A DNA stretch of 32,000 bases from Cereibacter sphaeroides 2.4.1 (GTDB taxonomy: Bacteria > Pseudomonadota > Alphaproteobacteria > Rhodobacterales > Rhodobacteraceae), in contig NC_007493.2 in the NCBI RefSeq assembly GCF_000012905.2, positions 2,340,001-2,372,000 of the forward strand, in the 5' to 3' direction. Shown here piece after piece: positions 1 to 7,666 of this stretch. Below the pieces are notes generated by a model. That model saw only the letters and a list, made by a program, of their open reading frames with translations. It had not been told where the DNA came from and did not search any database. Position 1 is the stretch's first letter. Every line of letters begins with the position of its first letter. The translations under genes were made by a program, and so were the position numbers.

Positions 1-224
1 GAGCGCGGCCGGATCTGCACCTCGAACCCGTCGGGGATCTCGATCCTGAGCCCGGTCGGCACCAGCACCCGCCCGAGCGGCGCCAGAACCAGCCCCTCGG
101 CCCGGCTCTCCGGCGGCAGGTTCGCCCTGAGGTCGGCCCCCGCCGCGCCCGCCGTCTCGTAGCCAGGCAGAGGCAGCGCCGTATCCGCCCAGTCTTCCCG
201 GATCACCCTCACCACCGGCCGCAT
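1..224 (-). CDS. dut: dUTP diphosphatase, N-terminal part (3' end lies beyond the window start)
   Basis: Manual translation of the minus strand from ATG at 224..222 gives [39 protein letters not shown]...[23 protein letters not shown]. This carries the dUTPase motifs (AGxDL, PTG, PRS). It lies directly downstream of coaBC, the classic dfp-dut arrangement. It is absent from the ORF track because no stop codon falls inside the window. Confidence 0.75.
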   Translation of the reverse strand, partial: MRPVVRVIREDWADTALPLPGYETAGAAGADLRANLPPESRAEGLVLAPLGRVLVPTGLRIEIPDGFEVQIRPR

Positions 225-244
225 CCTCGCCTCCGTCTCTTCCT

Positions 245-274
245 GCCCGCCCTCTCCCGCCGGACAGGGCGGGC
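245..274. other. GC-rich stem-loop (9-bp stem gcccgccct/agggcgggc, 12-nt loop) in the coaBC-dut spacer
   Basis: The perfect inverted repeat was read directly from the sequence. Its function is unknown. Confidence 0.4.
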
Positions 275-289
275 TTCGGGTCGCGCTTT

Positions 290-318
290 CATTCTGGTCC
301 AAATATCCCCGCCGGAGG
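290..318. repeat. Intergenic motif copy 1 (cattc-tggTCCAAATATCCccgccggagg)
   Basis: An AT-rich core TCCAAATATCC with a preceding CATTC and a following G/C-rich tail. A second copy in the same orientation lies at 28477..28509. Both copies are in minus-strand intergenic spacers. Confidence 0.4.
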
Positions 319-329
319 CGCACGCATCC

Positions 330-1520
330 TCAGGCGATCCGCTCGGCGATCCGGGCGGCCAGTCGCTCTGCCACCGCCGCCTTGTCCATCCGCGGCCAGT
401 CCTCGACGCCCGTTTCGGTGATGAGATGCACCGCATTCTCGGTCCCGCCCATGATGCCCGTCGCAGGCGAGACATCGTTCGCCACGATCCAGTCGCAGCC
501 CTTGCGGGCGCGCTTGGCGGTGGCATGGGCCAGCACCTCGTCGGTCTCGGCGGCAAAGCCCACCACGAGCCGCGGGCGGCCCTCGGCCCTCCGCGCGACC
601 GTGGCGAGGATGTCGGGGTTCTCGGCGAAGGAGAGCGCGGGCCCGCCCGTCCCCTTCTTCATCTTCGAGCCGGAGGCATTCTCCACGCGCCAGTCCGCCA
701 CCGCCGCGGCGAAGATCGCCGCCTCCACCGGCAGCGCCGCCTCGACGGCCGCCATCATCTCGCGCGCCGTCTCGACCCGCACGAGCTCGACCCCGGGCGG
801 CGGGGGCACGGTCGCGGGCCCGGTGACGAAGGTCACCCGCGCGCCCAGATCGCGCAGGGCCGCGGCGATGGCCGTGCCTTGCGCGCCCGACGAGCGATTG
901 GCGATATAGCGCACCGGATCGATCGGCTCATGGGTCGGCCCCGAGGTCACCAGCACCCGCCGCCCGGCGAGCGGCCCCGCCCCCAGCGCCGTCTCGATGG
1001 CGGCGAGGATCTCCATCGGCTCGGCCATCCGCCCCGGCCCGTATTCGCCGCAGGCCATGTCGCCCTCGTTCGGCCCCACCGCCAGCACCCCGTCGCACGT
1101 GAGCGTCGCGAGGTTCCGCTGCGTGGCCGGATGCTGCCACATCCGCACGTTCATCGCCGGCGCCATCAGGACGCGCGTGTCGGTGGCCAGCAGCAGCGTC
1201 GAGGCCAGATCGTCCGCCCGGCCCTGCGCCATCCGGGCCATCAGATCGGCCGTCGCAGGCGCCACGACCACCAGATCGGCCACCCGCGACAGGGCGATAT
1301 GCCCCATCTCGGCCTCCTGCGTGAGGTCGAAGAGCTCGCGATGCACCTGCTCGCCCGCCAGTGCCGCAACCGAAAGCGGCGTCACGAATTCCGCCGCGGC
1401 CCGGGTCATGACCGGCGTCACCGCGGCCCCGCCCTCGCGCAGGCGGCGGATCAGCTCCAGCGTCTTGTAGGCCGCGATCCCGCCGCCGATGATGAGGAGT
1501 ATCCGTTTTCCGTCCAGCAT
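330..1520 (-). CDS. coaBC: Bifunctional phosphopantothenoylcysteine decarboxylase / phosphopantothenate-cysteine ligase
   Basis: The track ORF 330..1907 contains MLDGKRILLIIGGGIAAYKTLELIRRLREGG... (flavoprotein domain) followed by the CoaB ligase domain (RYIANRSSG, VVGFAAET). I placed the start at the ATG 1520..1518. The upstream 129 codons are Arg/Gly-rich junk that overlaps the neighbouring gene. Confidence 0.9.
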   Translation of the reverse strand: MLDGKRILLIIGGGIAAYKTLELIRRLREGGAAVTPVMTRAAAEFVTPLSVAALAGEQVHRELFDLTQEAEMGHIALSRVADLVVVAPATADLMARMAQGRADDLASTLLLATDTRVLMAPAMNVRMWQHPATQRNLATLTCDGVLAVGPNEGDMACGEYGPGRMAEPMEILAAIETALGAGPLAGRRVLVTSGPTHEPIDPVRYIANRSSGAQGTAIAAALRDLGARVTFVTGPATVPPPPGVELVRVETAREMMAAVEAALPVEAAIFAAAVADWRVENASGSKMKKGTGGPALSFAENPDILATVARRAEGRPRLVVGFAAETDEVLAHATAKRARKGCDWIVANDVSPATGIMGGTENAVHLITETGVEDWPRMDKAAVAERLAARIAERIA

Positions 1521-1582
1521 TCCGTGCCCCCCGAGGCCGAAGCCAAGCTGTAGGGGCCCGGGCCGGGCGTGACAAGCCGCTC

Positions 1583-2410
1583 TCAGCCCGCCCCGCCGCC
1601 CTCCGCGAAGCCCGCACACGGGTCGGGCCGCGGCGCCGGCGCCGTCACCAGCCACAGATCGAAAGGCACCTCCCCCTCGGGCGGCGCCTCGAACTGGCCG
1701 ATGGACAGGACCCGCAGCGCGGGCGCCGCCTCGGCCAGCAGAGCCGGCACGCCCACGTCGCGCCGCGCATGGCCCGTGCCGGTGATGACGGCGACCGGGC
1801 CGCCGGTCTCCTCCATCGCCTCCATCACCGCGCGCGCGAGCGCCGCATCGCGCAGCCGCTGCGCCTCGACCATGCCGGACAGGAGATCGGCCGGCAGCGC
1901 CCCGCAATGGGCCACCCTCTGCTCCTCGATCCGCTCCGCCAGATCCTCGGGCGCGAGCGGCCGGTCGAGGCCGAAGCGGGCGGCCTCGGCCCCGAACGCC
2001 GCGGCGGCTCCTTCCGACACGGCCGCGCGGGCCTCGTCGCGCGGCACCTCGGCGCCGAACACCTGCGCCTCGGGCGCGGCCAGCAGGATCGGATGATACA
2101 TGGCGAAATCGGGCCAGCCCGACCGATCCCAGTCGAGCACCGCGGCAAGGCGACGCTCGGAGGGGCGCAGGTCGGGCGTGACCAGCGCCGCCTTCTCGGG
2201 TGTCAGCATCTCGAAGACGAGAGCGGCGGGCCTGAGGCCCGCCACCGCCAGCGCCTGATTTTCATGGTGGCGCGGATTGTCGTGCACCTCGCCCAGGATC
2301 ACCACATCGGCCGGCGTCAGACGCGCCAGCTGGGCCGGTTCGATCCGGTCGGCCAGCCCCGGCCGGGCGACGACGGCCAGCCCGGCCGCGAGGAGGAAGC
2401 TCCGTTTCAT
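1583..2410 (-). CDS. ChaN-family (haem-binding/Tiki-superfamily, DUF399-like) secreted lipoprotein
   Basis: 275 aa with a signal-like N-terminus MKRSFLLAAGLAVVA. It carries the ILGEVHDNPRHHENQ motif typical of ChaN/Cofac_haem_bdg proteins. Its ATG overlaps the rpoH stop (ATGA at 2407..2410). Confidence 0.65.
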   Translation of the reverse strand: MKRSFLLAAGLAVVARPGLADRIEPAQLARLTPADVVILGEVHDNPRHHENQALAVAGLRPAALVFEMLTPEKAALVTPDLRPSERRLAAVLDWDRSGWPDFAMYHPILLAAPEAQVFGAEVPRDEARAAVSEGAAAAFGAEAARFGLDRPLAPEDLAERIEEQRVAHCGALPADLLSGMVEAQRLRDAALARAVMEAMEETGGPVAVITGTGHARRDVGVPALLAEAAPALRVLSIGQFEAPPEGEVPFDLWLVTAPAPRPDPCAGFAEGGGAG

Positions 2411-3285
2411 AGGAGGAAGTGATGCACCTCCCGCGACTGGGCTTCAAGGCTCCGCCGCATCTTCGCAAAGGCCGCTGCTTCAAGCTGCCGCACCCGCTCC
2501 TTGGAAAGCTTCAGTTCTTCGCCGAGGCTTTCGAGCGTCCGGGGCACGTCGCGCAGCTTGCGTTCGGTCACGATGAACCGCTCGCGCGCGTTCAGCTGCT
2601 GCATGGCCGACACCAGCCAGCCCCGCAGCCGCGCGGCATCGAGCGAGCCCTCCACCACCTCGGCCGCCTGTGCCGAATCGTCCTCGAGCGCGTCGATCCA
2701 CTCCCGCCCCTCGTCATCGGCCGACTGGGTGGCGTTGAGCGAGAAGTCCGAGCCCGAGAGCCGCCCCTCCATCATCTCGACATCCGAGAGCGGCACGCCC
2801 ACGTCATGAGCCACCATCTCGCGCAGCTGATGCGCATCGAGCGCTTCGCCCCGTTGCGAGGCCTCGCGCTCGAGCCGGGCCTGCACCCGGCGCATGTTGA
2901 AGAACAGCGCCTTCTGGCTGGAGGTGGAGCCGGTCCGCACCAGAGACCAGTTCCGCATGACGTAATCCTGGATCGAGGCCTTGATCCACCAGACGGCATA
3001 GGTCGAAAAGCGCACGCCGCGGTCGGGATCGAACTTGTCGGCGGCCTTCATCAGCCCGAGCGACGCCTCCTGGATCAGGTCGTTCATCGGCGCGCCGTAG
3101 CGGCGGTATTTCGAGGCCATCGAGATCGCAAGGCGCATGTAGGCGGTGATCAGACGGTGGAGCGCCCGCTCGTCGCGCTGGTCCCGCCAGGCATAGGCGA
3201 GGCGCAGCTCCGTCTCTGCGTCCAGAAGCTCCGCCCTCATCGCTTGGCGCGACATCGTTTGATCGGTATATCCGTCCAGTGCCAT
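2407..3285 (-). CDS. rpoH: RNA polymerase sigma-32 family heat-shock/oxidative-stress sigma factor
   Basis: 292 aa. Region 2 reads DLIQEASLGLMKAADKFDPDRGVRFSTYAVWWIKASIQDYV. The RpoH box is QKALFFNMRR and a region 4 HTH is present. The sigmaE-type promoter upstream suggests the RpoHII paralogue of R. sphaeroides (inference). Confidence 0.9.
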   Translation of the reverse strand: MALDGYTDQTMSRQAMRAELLDAETELRLAYAWRDQRDERALHRLITAYMRLAISMASKYRRYGAPMNDLIQEASLGLMKAADKFDPDRGVRFSTYAVWWIKASIQDYVMRNWSLVRTGSTSSQKALFFNMRRVQARLEREASQRGEALDAHQLREMVAHDVGVPLSDVEMMEGRLSGSDFSLNATQSADDEGREWIDALEDDSAQAAEVVEGSLDAARLRGWLVSAMQQLNARERFIVTERKLRDVPRTLESLGEELKLSKERVRQLEAAAFAKMRRSLEAQSREVHHFLL

Positions 3286-3325
3286 CAGGACCCCCTGTCG
3301 AACCCGGCCGCGTCTCGGGATTTAC

Positions 3326-3351
3326 TACGGAAAAAACACATGTCCGGATCA
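3326..3351 (-). promoter_or_regulatory. ECF sigmaE (RpoE/ChrR group)-type promoter for rpoH: TGATCC-N16-CGTA
   Basis: The minus strand reads TGATCCggacatgtgttttttcCGTAgtaaatcc. The -35 is at 3351..3346 and the -10 at 3329..3326, about 40 nt upstream of the rpoH ATG. This matches my recollection of the R. sphaeroides sigmaE consensus (TGATCC, ~16-nt spacer, CGTA-like -10). rpoHII is a known direct sigmaE target. Confidence 0.55.
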
Positions 3352-3894
3352 CATATTTTCGCGCTGCCCCCGCTCACGCTTGTGCTGGGAGGGGCGCGGT
3401 CCGGAAAATCTCGGCTGGCGGAACGGCTTGTCATCGGGTCGGGCCGCCCCATGTTCTACCTGGCCACCGCCGAACCATGGGATGACGAGATGCGCGAACG
3501 GATCGCGGCTCACCGCCACGACCGGGGCAGCGGCTGGCAGACCGTCGAAGAACCGCGCCATCTCTGCCCTGTCTTGTCACGGATGCCTCCCGAGGCTTGC
3601 GTCCTGCTGGATTGCGCGACGCTCTGGCTGACCAATCATCTGCTTGCGGAAAGCGACCTCGATGCCGAAATCGCCTCGCTTCTTCATGCGCTTGGGGCCT
3701 GTGCGGCGCCCGTTGTCGTGGTGTCCAACGAGGTGGGGTGGTCCATAGTTCCCGAAAATTCTTTGGCAAGGCGCTTCCGCGACGAACAGGGACGGCTGAA
3801 CCAGCGCCTCGCGGCGCAGGCGGAGCTGGTGGTGGCCGCCATGGCGGGGCTGCCGCTCCCGCTGAAGGGCCGCCTGCCCGAGGGGTTCGCATGA
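3340..3894 (+). CDS. cobP: Adenosylcobinamide kinase / adenosylcobinamide-phosphate guanylyltransferase
   Basis: MSGSHIFALPPLTLVLGGARSGKSRLAE... carries a P-loop and shows CobU/CobP-family collinearity over 184 aa. I placed the start at the ATG at 3340. The rest of track ORF 2419..3894 is antisense to rpoH. Confidence 0.85.
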   Translation: MSGSHIFALPPLTLVLGGARSGKSRLAERLVIGSGRPMFYLATAEPWDDEMRERIAAHRHDRGSGWQTVEEPRHLCPVLSRMPPEACVLLDCATLWLTNHLLAESDLDAEIASLLHALGACAAPVVVVSNEVGWSIVPENSLARRFRDEQGRLNQRLAAQAELVVAAMAGLPLPLKGRLPEGFA

Positions 3895-4469
3895 CGCGCC
3901 TGCACTGGGTGCGCCATGGGCCGACGCACGCAACCGTGATGGTGGGCTGGACCGATCGGCCCGCCGATCTCTCCGATGGGGCGGCCCTCGCGCGGCTGGA
4001 TGCGGCGCTGCCGCGGGAAGCGCGGCTCGTCTCCTCCGATCTCTGGCGGGCAAGGGCCACGGCCGACCGGCTCGCCGAGGGCCGCCTGCGGCTACCCGCC
4101 GACCCACGCCTCCGCGAAATCCATTTCGGCGCCTGGGAGGGCCGCAGCTTCGCCGAGATCGAGGCCGGCACGCCGCAGCGCATGCGCGCCTTCTGGCAGG
4201 AGGCCGGCCCCGCCCGCGCCCCGGGGGGCGAGACCTGGCACGAGCTTCAGGCCCGCGTGACCGAGGCGCTGCAGTCGCTCTGCGCCGCACACCCGGACGA
4301 GGAGATCGTGATCGTCTGCCATTTCGGCCCGATCCTCGTGGCCCTGCAGGTGGCACTGGGCCTCGGCGTGCAGGAGGCTTTCGCCCATCGGATCGAGCCT
4401 TTGTCGATCACCTCGATGACATTGGTGGGGGGCAACTGGCGCGTCGAGGCGATCAACCGCCTCGCCTGA
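3891..4469 (+). CDS. cobC: Histidine-phosphatase family protein, probable alpha-ribazole-5'-phosphate phosphatase
   Basis: [13 protein letters not shown]... carries the RHG catalytic motif of the PGAM/histidine phosphatase family. Its ATG overlaps the cobP stop (ATGA at 3891..3894), implying translational coupling. Confidence 0.7.
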   Translation: MTRLHWVRHGPTHATVMVGWTDRPADLSDGAALARLDAALPREARLVSSDLWRARATADRLAEGRLRLPADPRLREIHFGAWEGRSFAEIEAGTPQRMRAFWQEAGPARAPGGETWHELQARVTEALQSLCAAHPDEEIVIVCHFGPILVALQVALGLGVQEAFAHRIEPLSITSMTLVGGNWRVEAINRLA

Positions 4470-4606
4470 GGCCGGCTGCGGCGACGCATCGCGCGCACCG
4501 GCCTCCGGCAGCCCGCCTGCAGCTGTTCCCCGCCCTGCAGGAAAGTGGCCGGCTCCCGCAGCATCCTGTTGCAGCCGCCTCGGCAAGCCGCTATACCGCG
4601 CCCAAC

Positions 4607-4683
<77 letters not shown>

Positions 4684-4763
4684 GAAATCAGACAGTTAGC
4701 GGTTAGCTGGACAGCAGCGCCACGGATACGCCCCGGAAACCGGCGGTTTCGAGCGCTGCGCGG

Positions 4764-5030
4764 TCATTTCCGTCGCCTCTCCATCGCCTCGACGGCGCTC
4801 GCCTGATGGTCCGGATGGTGGTGGGCATAAACCTCCTCCATCGTCTCCCGCGACACGCCGAAGAAACCGCCCGCCTCCCACATGTCGGCACCCCGCTGCA
4901 TCGCCCAGGTGATCGCCGTGTGGCGAAGGACATGCGGCGTCGTGTCGGACAGATCGATCTCGCGCCCCGCCTTCGCCGCCAATTCGGCGGCCTTCACCAC
5001 GGCTCCCGCCCAGGCCTTCTTGATGTCGGC
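4764..5030 (-). pseudogene. Tyrosine recombinase (phage-type integrase) C-terminal fragment, fused in frame to the cas3 relic
   Basis: The last ~88 aa of track ORF 4764..6443 read ADIKKAWAGAVVKAAELAAKAGREIDLSDTTPHVLRHTAITWAMQRGADMWEAGGFFGVSRETMEEVYAHHHP. This contains the HxLRHT box and the catalytic Tyr region of tyrosine recombinases. The N-terminal two thirds of an integrase are missing. The fragment points toward the tRNA-Arg 3' end. The junction position is approximate (+/- 15 nt). Confidence 0.75.
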
Positions 5031-6761
5031 GACCCGGTTGTCCCGCTCTCCGTCCCGACCGACACGCGCCAAAACCTCGGCCTCGATCCGCTTGCGATCC
5101 GCCAGGGCGAAGCGGGCGTGAAGCAGTTGGGCTGCCACGCTGCGCGCACGCAGCGCTGCGACCGCCTCGATTGCGTCATCCACCGAGTTTCGCACCCAGA
5201 CACAGGCCGCTCCCCTCCGCACCGCCTCCGCCAGAAGGTCGGCCGCGTCCTCGGCCTGCTGCACCCGGGTGACGCGAACGGCTCCCTTCACCGGACGTCT
5301 ATCGGGTGGAAATTCCACCCTCGCCTCCCCTCCCGCCAAGGTGAGCGCCGGGTAGGCAGGTCCCGGATTGTCTCCGCCATACGTCGCCAGCAAGCGTCCC
5401 CGCAATGCCATAGGCAGGGTCGCCGTCGGCAGAATGGCCGAACCTCCGGCCGCGCGGTGCGTCTGCAAGAGGCGCTCCAGTTCGCGCCCGATGTAGGGTT
5501 CGCCCATCTCATGCACCTCATCCTCAATCAGGATCTTGGAGGAGAGGCCGAAGTGCCGCAGGGTCTGGTGTCGGACAGGCAGCACGGAGAGCAGGGCCTG
5601 ATCGATCGTGCCCACCCCCACATCGGCCAGAAGGGCGCGACGGCGGCTTTCGGCAAGCCATTGGGTGCAGGATGCTGCATCCTCCGCTCGGGGCTTTCCG
5701 ACCACGAGGTCGCGGAAGCCCTCGGACAAGCCAGCGCGACCGTGTGCGAGAGTCAACGACGGCGCAGTCAGCATCCGTCCGATCACCTGTTCCGCGCGGC
5801 TGAACATCGCGTCGCTGGTCGCCATGGTGGGCAAGGCAAAGTAGAGACCGCGTCCCTTGCCTGCCGCGATCATCCGATGCGCCAGAAGGAGCGCCGCCTC
5901 GGTCTTGCCTGCGCCCGTTTCATCCTCGATCACGGCCAGCGTCGGGCCCGACGGCAACAGGATCTCGGCGCAGGCGGCCTGCAACGGGCGCAGCGCGAAG
6001 TCGAACAGGCGTCCCTGTTTCACGGCGCTCCCCGCCAGACCGGCCGCAGAGACGGCTTCTTCGGCGCGAGCCTGGGCGCAAGCCAGATAGGCCGCAAGTT
6101 CCGGCCGAGTGCCATCCGGCGGAAACCACATCATGTTGGAGCCAATCCAGTCTGCCGCCATGCGGAGCCCGGGAAGGCACCAAGACAAGGCGGTTGTATC
6201 CACCCCGCACTCGAGCCCCGACAGCGAGGCTTCGGGCCAAAGGTCACAAAGCGCCTCGATCACCTCGGCCGCCGGCTCCAGGCCCGAGCCTAAAGATGTG
6301 AGCGCCGCCCGAAGCCCCCGCGCGGCGGTCGGAAGCCCGGGCCGCCCACCGAGATCGAGATCCGACGGCTGGCCATGATGGCCGGCAACGGACGCGTAAA
6401 GCGCTTGCCGTTGGCGCCAGGTCCCGCCGATCCTTCTCGCCAACCGCTCGTCATGCGCGAAAAGAAGCGCCTCTGTCAGTTGCCAGTGCCTGAACTTCTA
6501 CGGCTGGCCGCTTTCGATCATGGCGCGGAAGCTGTCGCTGATCTTTCCAAGGTCGTGCAACGCCACGAGCAGCACGAGGGCGCCGCGCAACGCCGGCTCG
6601 AACTGGAAAGGTGCAATCAGGCGCTCGGCCACGGCCGCTACGTCCAGCATGTGCAGCACGGCGGAATGCCTGACGGTTGAGCCGTCCGGTGCACTCTTTC
6701 CGGGCCAATCGAAAAGCTGATTGGTTACCTCGCTCGCCGCCACTCTTCCCTGTCCGCCCAC
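5031..6761 (-). pseudogene. cas3: Type I-E-like CRISPR-associated nuclease/helicase Cas3, interrupted by an in-frame TAG and truncated at the 3' end
   Basis: The HD domain is in ORF 6498..6761 (FDWPGKS...HSAVLHMLDVAAVAERL...LLVALHDLGKISDSFR). The same frame continues after the TAG at 6500..6498 into VAGHHG, AADWIGS, VIEDETGAGKTEAALL (motif I), YFALPTMATSDAM, GVGTIDQALLSVLPVRH, ILIEDEVH (motif II), PTATLP (motif III) and LLHARFALADR. It is collinear with E. coli YgcB/Cas3 as I recall it. The match ends where Cas3 motifs V/VI and the C-terminal domain should follow. Confidence 0.8.
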
Positions 6762-7134
6762 CGACTCACAGATCGCCCCAACCTACACTCATCGCCACCT
6801 TGCTCTCCGTACGGCAATTAGTCTTCAGCTTTTACCTCATGCGAGCCCCCTGCCCTCCGCCCATTATGGTGGGGCCGGGTTTGGACGGCTGCGGCTAAAG
6901 GTCTTCGGCGGCAGCTTCAACCACCCCGCCCATGCGGGGCGGCTCCCAGCTCAATCCCAAAGCTGCCGCCCGCGCGAGCCGCAGCGAAAGACCGCAGGCG
7001 GCGCTCTGCCGCCCTTCGGGACCCGCGCAGCATGACGCCAAGTGCCGGCACGCCGGGCTGAAAGCCGACTTGTAGCGCTGCCGCGCGGCACTCGCAGCGA
7101 AACTCGGCAAGAGGAGAAGATTCTCGCTTCTCGA

Positions 7135-7161
7135 TGTCACAACCGCCTTCCCTCGCCCGTC
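7135..7161 (+). promoter_or_regulatory. ECF41-type promoter TGTCACA-N16-CGTC
   Basis: The sequence is gaTGTCACAaccgccttccctcgccCGTCatgg, with the -35 at 7135..7141, a 16-nt spacer and the -10 at 7158..7161. It sits ~32 nt upstream of the CMD-family ATG and its AAGGAG RBS at 7181. It is an exact match to the group ECF41 target promoter motif as I recall it from Wecke et al. 2012. Confidence 0.7.
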
Positions 7162-7192
7162 ATGGGGGTGTCAGTTGCAAAAGGAGAGAGCG

Positions 7193-7666
7193 ATGACGCC
7201 CCGCATGACCGACCATTTCAAACGCATCGGCCAAGCCTTCCAGGGACTGGTCACCTTCGAGACCGAACTGCGCAAGGGTCCCCTGGAACCAGCGCTGCTG
7301 CATCTGGTGAAGATGCGCGCCAGCCAGCTCAACGGCTGCGCCTTCTGTCTGCAGATGCACGCTTCCGAGGCGCTGAAGGACGGCGAAACCCACCTGCGGC
7401 TGCACATGCTGGCGGGCTGGCAGGACAGCTCGCTGTTCTCGCCGCGCGAACGGGCGGCGCTGGCCTGGACCGAGGCAGTGACGCTCATTGCTCAGAGCCA
7501 CACGCCGGATGCGGACTGGGAGGCGCTACGCGCCGAATTCTCCGAGGATGAGGCGGCCTATCTAACCTTCGCCATCGCGGCGATCAACCTGTGGAACCGA
7601 ACCCAGATCGCCTTCCGCGTGGCCCATGCCACCGAGCTTCCGGCCGAGCGCGCCCGTGTCGCCTGA
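7193..7666 (+). CDS. Carboxymuconolactone decarboxylase (AhpD-like) family protein, ECF41-associated 'COE' gene
   Basis: LHLVKMRASQLNGCAFCLQMH carries the CxxC..H AhpD-core motif. An AAGGAG RBS lies 6 nt before the ATG at 7193. The TTG at 7175 used by the track is less likely to be the start. Confidence 0.8.
   Translation: MTPRMTDHFKRIGQAFQGLVTFETELRKGPLEPALLHLVKMRASQLNGCAFCLQMHASEALKDGETHLRLHMLAGWQDSSLFSPRERAALAWTEAVTLIAQSHTPDADWEALRAEFSEDEAAYLTFAIAAINLWNRTQIAFRVAHATELPAERARVA

Noticed and set aside
1521-1907. A 129-codon N-terminal extension of the coaBC track ORF
   Set aside because: The extension is Arg/Gly/Ala low-complexity and overlaps the 3' end of the ChaN-like gene. CoaBC homology starts at MLDGKRILLIIGGG (ATG 1520).
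2419-3339. The first 307 codons of the 491-aa + strand ORF 2419..3894
   Set aside because: This part is antisense to the well-supported rpoH gene and has no motif. Only the part from the ATG at 3340 is CobP-like.
6924-6939. Hairpin CCCCGC-ccat-GCGGGG ~165 bp upstream of the cas3 relic. It has the same 6-bp stem and 4-nt loop geometry as type I-E CRISPR repeats.
   Set aside because: There is only a single copy. The flanks do not resemble the I-E 5'/3' handles (no ...ATAAACCG-like tail), and there is no spacer-repeat periodicity anywhere nearby. GC hairpins of this size are common in DNA this GC-rich, so it cannot be called a CRISPR remnant from this evidence alone.
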